Of a stretch of 64,000 bases of DNA, positions 55,645-64,000 are shown in pieces. Position 1 is the stretch's first letter. Each line of letters begins with the position of its first letter. Below the pieces are notes generated by a model. It searched no databases and was not told where the DNA came from. It saw only the letters and a program-made list of their open reading frames with translations. The stretch is from Candidatus Omnitrophota bacterium (GTDB lineage: Bacteria > Omnitrophota > Gorgyraeia > Zapsychrales > Zapsychraceae): the NCBI GenBank assembly GCA_021108075.1, contig JAIORP010000120.1:21557-85556 (forward strand), written 5' to 3'. The position numbers and the translations under genes were made by a program.

Positions 55645-57531
55645 TTATTGGATGCGCTTGAATTGTTTATCAAGGAACTGTTCGTCCATTTCAATAACGG
55701 TCGGCCGTCCATGTGGGCAGGTGAACGGATCGAGACAATGAAGCAGTTGCTGACATTGATGTTGGGCTTGCTCTGGTTTGAGGCGGTCTCCTGCCATGAT
55801 TGATGACCGGCAGGCCCGGCGCGCAATTGAATCAAAGTCGCATTGGCCGATATGATCTCCGGCCAAAAGATGGCGGACGGCCTGTTCGATATTCTTGATT
55901 AAGACCGGGTGGGTGTCAATCGCTATTATGGCTGGATCAAATTGGTGGTTTTCAAACCCGATTTCTTTCAATTTCATTTGCACCTCTTCCCAAACAATCA
56001 TTTCCTGGGGAGAGAGTTTGACCAATACCGGGCTTAAGAGATGTTGGGCCTCAACGGTTCCTTTTTGCATTTGATGCAGCAATATTTCATAAGTGATGCG
56101 TTCCTGGGCGGCATGTTGATCCATTAACAAAAGGGAAGTCTGTGACTGGAAAAGCAAATATTTGTTTAAGAACGATCCGATGTAACCGGCCTGCTCAAGC
56201 TTTGCGTGGAAGCTATTTGAATGTTGACTGAAGGTATTATTTTTGGAATAGAAGAAGGAAGCCTGATCTTCTTTTCGAGGATCTGGATGATGTTTAAGGT
56301 GAGGGCTTGTCCTTTTTTCTGGTTGAGAATGCGGGAGGGTATGAGGGTAGGATTCAATCCCGGATGATAATGCTGAATAGGCATCATCAGAGGAAAAAGT
56401 CTTAGAGTCGTAGTCTATTGCCGGAGTATGCGTTGACGTTAACGCTTTCGTTGTGTCCGAAGACGCGGATCGGGCTGAAGAAAAATTATTCTTTGTCAGG
56501 TCGACCGAGACTTGTTTGGTTTGTCCGGCTCGCATCAGGGCTTGTTCGCAAATGGTCCGCAGGTAGCGTGACAGTTCCTTTTCGGTCCTGATTTTTACTT
56601 CTCTTTTTGTGGGATGAATATTCACATCGATCTCTTCAGGGTTCATTTCGATATAGATCGCAAAAAAAGGATAGACGCTGTCCGGCATGATCAAACGGTA
56701 AATGTTATTGATATGATAGGAAATGCTTTTGTTTTGAACCGGACGGCCATTGATAAAAAGGAATTGCATATCCCGCCGGGAACGCTGGATGTTAATATCA
56801 CCTAAAACCATGCGGATCGCGAGGCTTTCTTTATCAATGCGTTGGTTTGTCTCGAGTAAATATTCAGGATTAACATTCAGGGCATCAGCTGCACGGGTCA
56901 CAAAGCTGTCGGTCGTCTTTAAAGAAATCAGTGTCCGGTTTTGGTGTGTCAGGGTGAACTGACAATCCGTGTGTAATAACGTGTAGGGAATAAACGTGTT
57001 CAAGATTTGATGCAGTTCGGTCGTGTTTGTTTTAAGAAATTTTTTTCGCGCCGGCGTGTTGAAAAAAAGTTCACGGATGATCATCTCCGTACCGGTTGAT
57101 GGTCGCGCGCAAGGTTTGAGCCCGATTTTTTCTCCCCCTCTAAAATGGATTTCCCATCCGGGATTTTGATCCTGTGTGCGGCTTTGGACGACGATATCGG
57201 CAATCGCCCCAATGCTGTAGAGGGCCTCACCTCGAAAACCCAAAGACATGATGGCATAAAGATCGTCAATGGTTGTTATTTTGCTCGTGGCATGACGGAT
57301 GAAAATGTTCTCAAGGTCATCCTGGGCTATACCCTGACCATTGTCTTTGATCACCATCGAGGTTTTGCCAGCGTTCTGCAAATGGACTTCGATTTGGCTG
57401 GCCTTAGCATCAAGGGCGTTCTCAACACATTCTTTGATGACAGAAGCCGGTCGATCAATCACTTCACCGGCAGCGATCTTGCTGACGATTTCTGAGGGGA
57501 GAATTTTTACTTTGCTCATAAGGTATTTCAC
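55645..57531 (-). CDS. mutL: DNA mismatch repair protein MutL
   Basis: N-terminal GHKL ATPase: IAAGEVIDRPASVIKECVENALDA, DNGQGI, GFRGEAL. C-terminal dimerisation domain. Lies immediately downstream of mutS on the same strand. Confidence 0.9.
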   Translation of the reverse strand: MKYLMSKVKILPSEIVSKIAAGEVIDRPASVIKECVENALDAKASQIEVHLQNAGKTSMVIKDNGQGIAQDDLENIFIRHATSKITTIDDLYAIMSLGFRGEALYSIGAIADIVVQSRTQDQNPGWEIHFRGGEKIGLKPCARPSTGTEMIIRELFFNTPARKKFLKTNTTELHQILNTFIPYTLLHTDCQFTLTHQNRTLISLKTTDSFVTRAADALNVNPEYLLETNQRIDKESLAIRMVLGDINIQRSRRDMQFLFINGRPVQNKSISYHINNIYRLIMPDSVYPFFAIYIEMNPEEIDVNIHPTKREVKIRTEKELSRYLRTICEQALMRAGQTKQVSVDLTKNNFSSARSASSDTTKALTSTHTPAIDYDSKTFSSDDAYSALSSGIESYPHTLPHSQPEKRTSPHLKHHPDPRKEDQASFFYSKNNTFSQHSNSFHAKLEQAGYIGSFLNKYLLFQSQTSLLLMDQHAAQERITYEILLHQMQKGTVEAQHLLSPVLVKLSPQEMIVWEEVQMKLKEIGFENHQFDPAIIAIDTHPVLIKNIEQAVRHLLAGDHIGQCDFDSIARRACRSSIMAGDRLKPEQAQHQCQQLLHCLDPFTCPHGRPTVIEMDEQFLDKQFKRIQ

Positions 57532-57554
57532 TTTTTTTTGGGTTAATCTTGTTT

Positions 57555-60131
57555 TTACGTTTCGCTCTGTAAAATCTTTTTAAGCTCGTCGATTTTGTTC
57601 AATGCTTGAATAGGGGTAATATGGTTGATATCCATCGCGCTAAAGACAGTCTTGACTTTATCAAATATTGGATCAGGTGAGGCCGGCTGTGAAAACAAGT
57701 CCAATTGTCTTTCATTGGCCTTTTTTCTCGTGTCCGCATGATCACGAATATCTTGTTTTAATTCAAGCTTAGTTAATATTTTTTTCGCCTGGCTGATGAT
57801 AGAAGAGGGGATCCCGGCCAATTTAGCGACATAAATACCATAGCTGTCATCTGTTCCGCCTGGAATAATTTTGTGTAAGAATATAATCTCTTCTTCCCAT
57901 TCTTTCACCGCGACATTGTAGTTTTTTACACCGGTAAAATCCTGAGCTAAAGCTGTTAATTCGTGAAAGTGCGTTGCAAAAAGAGTGCGCGCTTTTGTTT
58001 GCTGCAAGTGTTCTGCCAGGGCCCACGCCAGGCTCAATCCGTCATACGTGCTTGTTCCGCGACCGATTTCATCTAAGATGATCAGGCTGCGTTCCGTCAA
58101 GTTATTTAAAATATCGGCGGTCTCATTCATTTCAACCATAAAGGTGCTTTGGCCTCTGGTGATATCATCGTGCGCCCCGATACGGGTGAAAATTTTATCA
58201 ACGATTCCGATTTGGGCTGATACCGCGGGGAGATAACTACCAATTTGAGCCATAATAACAAGGATCGCCACTTGACGAATGTATGTTGATTTTCCTGCCA
58301 TATTGGGCCCGGTTAAGATGATCAGGTGATCCTCTTTACAATTGAGGTGCACATCATTGGGGGTGAATGTTTCGGTAATGGTCTTTTCAACAACCGGGTG
58401 GCGGCCGTCTTCAATGATTAAGTGAGATGATGCATTGATGGACGGGCAGATGTATCCAGGGTTTTGGGAGAGAGTGGTCATGGAGGAAATCGCATCAATA
58501 GTGGCAATCGCATCGCAAAGGGCATGTAAAGAAACAGATTGTTTCAGAATTTCCATACGGAGTTCGTTGATAAGTTCATTTTCAATCTTAATGATTTTAT
58601 CTTGGGCTGTCAGAATTTTTTCTTCATATTCCTTCAATTCAGGGGTAATGAATCGTTCGGCGTTAACCAGGGTTTGTTTACGAATATAATGTTGGGGAAC
58701 ATTTTTAAGTTTTGTTTTTGTTATTTCAATATAGTAACCAAAAATTTTGTTAAAACCGATTTTCAACGAGTTGATCCCTGTCTGTTTGATTTCTTGCTCT
58801 TGTAATTTTTTTAACCATTGGTGTCCATTGGCCTGGATGTCGCGCAGTTGGTCCAATTGGGCATGATATCCCGTCTGGATAATTTTTCCTTCAGGCTTTG
58901 AGAGGGGGATATCTTCGTTAATGGCCCGGCAAAGTAAGTCTCTTAAATTCGGGATATCGGCAAGATGAAACAGAAAGTTTTTTTCTTCAAGGGGTTTTGT
59001 CAGTTCGATCAAATGCGGGATGTTTGTTAACGTTTGCCGGATAGCTAATAGATCCTTGGCATGGGTATACCCGCAACTGAGACGGGAAATGTTTTTCTCA
59101 ATATCAGGAATTTTTTGTAAAAGATATTTGAGGTCTTGCGCCGTGCTCGTTTGATCTCTTAGTAATTGGATCGCTTTCTGACGTTGGACAATGTTCTCTG
59201 TGTTTTTTAATGGATGATAAAGCCAAAAACGAAATTTACGTTTCCCTGATGCGGTGATCGTATGGTCGATCGTTTTAAGCAAGGTCGGCAATTCAAGTCC
59301 GCGGTAAGCCGCGGGAGAGATGAAGACATAATCATCGTCCAGATACAGTGTGATTTTATCAATATGTTCCAGCGGTTGTTTGTTCATGTGTTTCAGGTAT
59401 TCTAATAAAGCTCCAGCGCTTGAAACCGCTGAAGGAAGTTGCTCGATCCCAAACCCATGTAAGTTATGAATAGAAAAATGTTCACAAAGTGTTTTTTTCG
59501 CGATATCTGGATTAAAGCACCAATCATTATGCGGACTCAGGGTGATGTTTTTTATTTTCAACAAGGTTTGACTGAAAATATTTTTAATTTCTTCATCTTG
59601 ACTGTCCGGGTAGATGCATTCGTACACCGGGAGCCGTGATATCAGTTCTGTTAATCTTTTTTTATTGAGAGGAAATTGATTTGTTTGAATGGTGCCACTG
59701 GTTGGATCAATGAATGAGACACCAACCGATCGGGCATTGGGACTTAAGCACATAAGGTAACGGGTATCGGTGGTATTTTCATCTAAATATGTTCCGGAAG
59801 AAATGATACGGGTGACATCGCGTTTAACAATTCCTTTGGCCAGGGCCGGATCTTCCATTTGATCGCAGATGGCAATTTTATATCCCGCTTTGACGAGTCT
59901 GGCGATATAATTGTCAGCGGCGTGATGAGGAAATCCGCACATAGGTACTTTATTTGTTGGTGACTTTCCCCGGGAGGTGAGGACGAGATTAAGTTCGCGG
60001 GACACCATTTGGGCGTCTTCAAAAAACATTTCATAAAAGTCACCCAACCGGAAAAAAAGAATGCATCCCTGGTGTTTTTCTTTTATTTGATGATACTGTT
60101 TCAGCATCGGAGTGCTTGCTGTCTTGTCCAT
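57555..60131 (-). CDS. mutS: DNA mismatch repair protein MutS
   Basis: N-terminal mismatch-binding TPMLKQYHQIKEKHQGCILFFRLGDFYEMFFEDA. Walker A GPNMAGKST. DEIGRGTSTYDG. C-terminal HTH. Confidence 0.92.
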   Translation of the reverse strand: MDKTASTPMLKQYHQIKEKHQGCILFFRLGDFYEMFFEDAQMVSRELNLVLTSRGKSPTNKVPMCGFPHHAADNYIARLVKAGYKIAICDQMEDPALAKGIVKRDVTRIISSGTYLDENTTDTRYLMCLSPNARSVGVSFIDPTSGTIQTNQFPLNKKRLTELISRLPVYECIYPDSQDEEIKNIFSQTLLKIKNITLSPHNDWCFNPDIAKKTLCEHFSIHNLHGFGIEQLPSAVSSAGALLEYLKHMNKQPLEHIDKITLYLDDDYVFISPAAYRGLELPTLLKTIDHTITASGKRKFRFWLYHPLKNTENIVQRQKAIQLLRDQTSTAQDLKYLLQKIPDIEKNISRLSCGYTHAKDLLAIRQTLTNIPHLIELTKPLEEKNFLFHLADIPNLRDLLCRAINEDIPLSKPEGKIIQTGYHAQLDQLRDIQANGHQWLKKLQEQEIKQTGINSLKIGFNKIFGYYIEITKTKLKNVPQHYIRKQTLVNAERFITPELKEYEEKILTAQDKIIKIENELINELRMEILKQSVSLHALCDAIATIDAISSMTTLSQNPGYICPSINASSHLIIEDGRHPVVEKTITETFTPNDVHLNCKEDHLIILTGPNMAGKSTYIRQVAILVIMAQIGSYLPAVSAQIGIVDKIFTRIGAHDDITRGQSTFMVEMNETADILNNLTERSLIILDEIGRGTSTYDGLSLAWALAEHLQQTKARTLFATHFHELTALAQDFTGVKNYNVAVKEWEEEIIFLHKIIPGGTDDSYGIYVAKLAGIPSSIISQAKKILTKLELKQDIRDHADTRKKANERQLDLFSQPASPDPIFDKVKTVFSAMDINHITPIQALNKIDELKKILQSET

Positions 60132-60400
60132 GGTTATTTCGTGGTTTGAATGATGATTGTTTCTTTGTGAACTAAGCGTGCCGCTGAGGGCAAAAAGAGT
60201 GCCCAGTGCAAAGTTATTTTATACCATAAAATGTGATGAGGGGAAATAAAAAGATCATCCGATGGGGACAAGGCAAAACAGAAGAAGGGGACGGGGCGTT
60301 TTGTTCTGTGAAATAATGCTTGGGGATGATGGGCAAAACATTCTCTAGTGGCGAAACGGTTTACGGGGTTTTTGGGCGGTATCATAGGAAAGGGGTCACA

Positions 60401-61018
60401 TTATTCATCAAAGTGTTGTTCCATCATCAGCTGCAGGACTTCTTCACTGCTGGTGAGTGGCAGGATAAACATGCGGCATTCTAAATTTTGTTTATATGTT
60501 ATAAACGTGGATTCCATGATCAAGAGTTCATCTTTCTCTGAGGCGATGCTCATGATGTATTCTTGAAAAACCGTGCTCAGGAAATCTTTAATAACAATGG
60601 GCGGGCTGGGTTTTAGGTTAATACAAAAATCGCGTGATAAAATATTGGTACAAGCGCTGGCTAAAATATTGCCCAGTTCTTGGATGGCACTGGCCGTGTA
60701 AGCGTCATATTCTGTGGTCGTTCCGACGGGGCGTTGAAGGATGAGATCCGTTATTGTAAAAGTATCTTTAAGATATGTATAGAAAAGAAATTTAAAGGGG
60801 GCGTCACCGACCAGATCGATAAACGTGGCCACAATCTCCGCTTGTTTTTCATTCATGATACGCTTGCTTATATCTGTCATATCCCCATAATAAATGTTTT
60901 CTAATTCAACGCGAGCTCCTGTCTTTAACATTTTAGATAAAAGCTGAGAACATCTCTCGACGCACAGTGTTGCAATCAGTTGTAACCCTTTTTGGGTTTT
61001 TGTTAGTTCAGGCATCAT
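60401..61018 (-). CDS. CheC/CheX-family (chemotaxis phosphatase-like) protein
   Basis: AIQELGNILASACTNILSRDFCINLKPSPP resembles the CheC/CheX/FliY conserved segment. Confidence 0.45.
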   Translation of the reverse strand: MMPELTKTQKGLQLIATLCVERCSQLLSKMLKTGARVELENIYYGDMTDISKRIMNEKQAEIVATFIDLVGDAPFKFLFYTYLKDTFTITDLILQRPVGTTTEYDAYTASAIQELGNILASACTNILSRDFCINLKPSPPIVIKDFLSTVFQEYIMSIASEKDELLIMESTFITYKQNLECRMFILPLTSSEEVLQLMMEQHFDE

Positions 61019-61254
61019 CGTTTCCTGTTTATTCGCATCGTTTGGTCAGGTAGGATCCCCCGACCAGGCTGTTTTTCAGTCTGGCGGTCATTTGATTGTA
61101 TATTAGTATAAATGTATATTGAAAAAATTTCAATAAACAATGTAAAAAATTTCAGGATCGCCCAGACTATTAAAATTTGGCGCTTAATGGCCTGAATGGT
61201 ATACTTCGTTCGTCACACCACAAAAATATTCGCAAAAGGCAGGTATTCATTCCC

Positions 61255-62073
61255 ATGAAATCATTCTATCAAACGGTGATTATTTTAATTATTGGAGTCA
61301 CTTTTTTTGGGGCTGAACAAGTGACGATGGCACAAGATGATCCGATCAATAAATTGGAGTATGACCGTAGTATCCATCGCCTCCGTCTAGAGAAAAATAT
61401 TATTCATGATCGGTTGATTAATATAAAATCTGAAAACCAGCGGTTGTTTCGTTTGTGTTTTGATCAAGCAGGAGGTCTGGCGGTCCTGGACGGTTATTGT
61501 CAAGAACTACGGCGCATTATCCATCATGAACGAGCGATGAAGTTCAGGCAGACACAGCAGATTTCCGAGTTTTATCAGGGGCGGGAACGGAACGCGCGCC
61601 TGAAAGCCATGTCGGCATATCCTCAGCCCCCGGAGCAAACGTATTTATGGGCTGACATGAATAAAGAAATAGATTTGCTCACAATCAACCTGATGGAGGT
61701 TTTAGATCAGCATGAGCTTCACCTTTCCGAACTTGATCAATATGAGCGTGCCTTTTATGCCTTACAGGTTCAACTGTTGAGACAAGGTTTAAAGAATGCG
61801 TCTTTGAGTGATCAGATCCTATTATCAGGCGACACCTATCAACAGGATAATGATTCGTTGTGGGATTCATTAGTGGATCAGGTTGAAAGGAATAAGTATA
61901 AAAAGAAAATTATATCCCACCAAAAAGTTAAGATCGATCAATTAAAAGCAACGGTCACGGAATATCGACGATTGGTCGATTGGCAATCAGAGCTTATCCG
62001 CAAACAGGATCAGCATATCCTAACCCTTGAAGGTCGAATGTCAGGTTTATCTGCCTGGCTATATGGGCATTGA
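61255..62073 (+). CDS. Hypothetical coiled-coil protein with an N-terminal signal/TM. The start is ambiguous: the ORF track gives TTG 61177.
   Basis: MKSFYQTVIILIIGVTFFGAEQVTMA, then a Q/E/R-rich helical sequence. Confidence 0.45.
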   Translation: MKSFYQTVIILIIGVTFFGAEQVTMAQDDPINKLEYDRSIHRLRLEKNIIHDRLINIKSENQRLFRLCFDQAGGLAVLDGYCQELRRIIHHERAMKFRQTQQISEFYQGRERNARLKAMSAYPQPPEQTYLWADMNKEIDLLTINLMEVLDQHELHLSELDQYERAFYALQVQLLRQGLKNASLSDQILLSGDTYQQDNDSLWDSLVDQVERNKYKKKIISHQKVKIDQLKATVTEYRRLVDWQSELIRKQDQHILTLEGRMSGLSAWLYGH

Positions 62074-62307
62074 TACCAATTCCATTAAATGATTACCAAA
62101 ATCAATTCTGCCTTTCAGAATTGAAATAGAACAATTAATTAATGGATTTGGTATGACTTTTTCATCAAACGTTTTTTATTTATTATTTTATGGGGAACCG
62201 AAAAATCGTATTTTTTTGCTGTTAATCCTAAAAATTTTAATATAATACTCAATTGAATTAGCGACGAAGAAGTGTTGTCCTGAATATTTATAAATAAGGA
62301 GTATACG

Positions 62308-63615
62308 ATGAAAAGAAATATTTTCCGACCCGTTTTGTTGATAAGCTTTTTATTATGCGGACTGGTCCAAATTTGTATTCCGCTAACAAGTGTAGCTGTC
62401 ACGGACCAATTTAAAAGCGAATCCCAGCGGTTATCACGTTGGTTAGAAAATAACAGGGACCCACGCACCGGACTTCCCTATAGTCACGTCGGTGACAAGC
62501 GTTTTGAGCAATGGGCGATTACCTATGATGCAGCATTAACCACGTTGGCCTACATCAGTATCAATGAAATTGAACCGGCAGCACGCATTATGGATTTTTA
62601 TTTGCAAACACCCAAGGTTTGGCGTTTAGGGGGTGTGATTGAAGCTTATTTGACCGGGGAGGTGATTCGTAGCCAGGATTGGACGGTGCGGAGCGGGGCG
62701 AATATATGGTTAGCTTTGGCCAGTTACCATCTTTACAAAGTCACAAATATCAAGACTTATTTAAATTTTTCTGAAAAAATAGCCGCGACGGTTCTTGCGC
62801 TGCAAAACAAGTCCGAAGACGATCCTAATCATGGCGGGATTCCGCTGGGGCCACCAGGGTCGTCCGAGAATCCCGGAGATCAGCATTTCGGCTATGACAC
62901 AGATAAACCCTCTTTTCACACCGTCTTTTCCTCAGAGGTGACCATTGATGCGTACGCCCTGTTTTCATTTTTGTACGCAGAAACACAGGAGGAGAAATAT
63001 TTGCGATCAAAGGAATTATGTTTGGTGTGGTTAAAAAATAATGCGTATCAACCCGGTCGTTCCTATCTTTTTCGCGGTTATCATGATTCTGTTGTGGCCA
63101 GCGATGTCCAGCATTGGGCTATTTCAGCAATGGGTCCTGAAATATTAAACGAGATAGAGGCGGACCTGCCGTTTAAGATGATTAAGTTTGTGGAAGATCA
63201 TTGTGTCCATGAAATTGAATATGTGAATAATGATAGCAAAACTGTGACGATAAGAGGTGTGGATTTTATTGATAAAAAGAGGGCGGAAGATATCGGCCGA
63301 AGTGTGATGGTTAGTCCAGAATGGACATTTCAATTAGCTAATGCGTATTTGCGGTTGGAGCAATATCAGGCCAAAAAAAAGAAGTGGCGGGACGTTAATG
63401 CCCTCATGCAAAAAAGAACGGGCTTATTAAGGGAGATGCTGAAGTTAGCCATTGAGAATGAAGGCGGTTTGGCGTATCCGTACGCCACTTTGGCTGATGC
63501 CCCGATTGGTCATGAGTTTCATACCCCGAAGCAAGGCACCCTAAGTACCAGCGGCGTCGCTTATGGCATTATGGCTTTGCAGGGGTTTGATCCTTTGGCC
63601 CCGCATGAAGAATAG
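62308..63615 (+). CDS. Secreted hypothetical protein (signal peptide), possibly an alpha/alpha-toroid glycosidase-like fold
   Basis: RBS AAGGAG before ATG 62308. Signal peptide MKRNIFRPVLLISFLLCGLVQICIPLTSVAV. No firm motif. Confidence 0.55.
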   Translation: MKRNIFRPVLLISFLLCGLVQICIPLTSVAVTDQFKSESQRLSRWLENNRDPRTGLPYSHVGDKRFEQWAITYDAALTTLAYISINEIEPAARIMDFYLQTPKVWRLGGVIEAYLTGEVIRSQDWTVRSGANIWLALASYHLYKVTNIKTYLNFSEKIAATVLALQNKSEDDPNHGGIPLGPPGSSENPGDQHFGYDTDKPSFHTVFSSEVTIDAYALFSFLYAETQEEKYLRSKELCLVWLKNNAYQPGRSYLFRGYHDSVVASDVQHWAISAMGPEILNEIEADLPFKMIKFVEDHCVHEIEYVNNDSKTVTIRGVDFIDKKRAEDIGRSVMVSPEWTFQLANAYLRLEQYQAKKKKWRDVNALMQKRTGLLREMLKLAIENEGGLAYPYATLADAPIGHEFHTPKQGTLSTSGVAYGIMALQGFDPLAPHEE

Positions 63616-64000
63616 ATGACGGCATCCAATCTATCCTGATTTATGATGATAATCATAAAAAAAAAGTATGCTCAGAGAGGAATTAATATTTTTTTAAACT
63701 GATTATCTTCTGTCCGGGGCCTGCTATTTATAATTAACTGATATTAAATAACTTAAGGATTCTGGCCGTAACTAAAACTTATAACGATACACTTGTCATA
63801 AAGTGTTTTATATGTTATTTTTATAATACATCTTCAGTGAAGCTACTTACATATATATTGCTATTTAAAATTTACAACCTTAGTTCATACTAAGGACTTT
63901 TTATCCCGAGATTTTCATTAGTGATGAGAATTCGAGATGAATCCCGTAGAATAACGGGTAAGCCCTGTAATGGAGTTTATACAGACGGGGTCTACTCTGC

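Noticed and set aside
56166-58805. Internal and antisense ORFs within mutL and mutS (for example 57145..57495 +, 57985..58236 +, 58539..58805 +)
   Set aside because: They overlap the conserved MutL and MutS reading frames on the opposite strand. No independent support.
60134-60385. - strand ORF of 83 aa between mutS and the CheX-like gene
   Set aside because: It is short with no motifs, and it occupies what is more plausibly the mutS promoter and leader region.
63616-64000. AT-rich tail searched for tRNA or an integration-site signature
   Set aside because: No cloverleaf-compatible sequence, direct repeats or integrase gene were seen. It is probably ordinary intergenic DNA.
1-64000. CRISPR arrays, rRNA, IS/transposase, phage genes
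   Set aside because: No regularly spaced short direct repeats, rRNA-like conserved blocks, DDE-transposase motifs or phage structural genes were recognised anywhere in the window.

Overview
This window is dominated by one uninterrupted + strand reading frame, 26..46675, which encodes at least 15,549 aa. The frame is also open from nt 2 to 26, so the gene may start upstream of the window. An open frame this long cannot arise by chance, so I treat it as a genuine giant gene encoding a membrane-anchored, multi-enzyme mosaic protein. Domains recognised by eye from motifs, in order along the protein:
- N-terminal TM helices.
- A SAM-methyltransferase-like Rossmann domain.
- A complete PglC-type phosphoglycosyl (sugar) transferase.
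- An HD-GYP phosphodiesterase.
- HEAT/PBS repeats.
- A RelA/SpoT-type HD (ppGpp hydrolase) domain.
- Three diverged pairs of LOG/SLOG-like Rossmann domains.
- A Fis-type HTH.
- Histidine-kinase-type ATPase fragments.
- A sigma-70-like region 2-4 module.
- A Nudix hydrolase.
- A GNAT-like domain.
- A Upf1-like SF1B helicase.
- Further methyltransferase-like domains.
- Three C-terminal ~0.8-1 kb repeats.
An ~8.7 kb stretch (about 20.5-29.15 kb) inside the ORF has visibly different codon usage: it is purine-rich with AGR arginine codons and K/E-rich protein. It carries near-identical 0.6 kb tandem repeats.
Downstream of the giant gene are:
- A convergent SipW/eukaryotic-type signal peptidase I.
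- A YtrA-like GntR plus ABC transporter operon, with an operator-like palindrome over its promoter.
- Small membrane proteins.
- An exosortase/archaeosortase-like protein next to a 1004-aa polytopic membrane protein with a VIT-like domain.
- A small winged-helix protein.
- A mutS-mutL operon on the - strand.
- A CheC/CheX-like protein.
- Two hypothetical proteins, one with a secretion signal.
I could not identify any rRNA, tRNA, CRISPR array or obvious IS/transposase. All domain calls come from motif recognition by eye. HMM searches (Pfam/TIGRFAM/CDD) are the decisive check.
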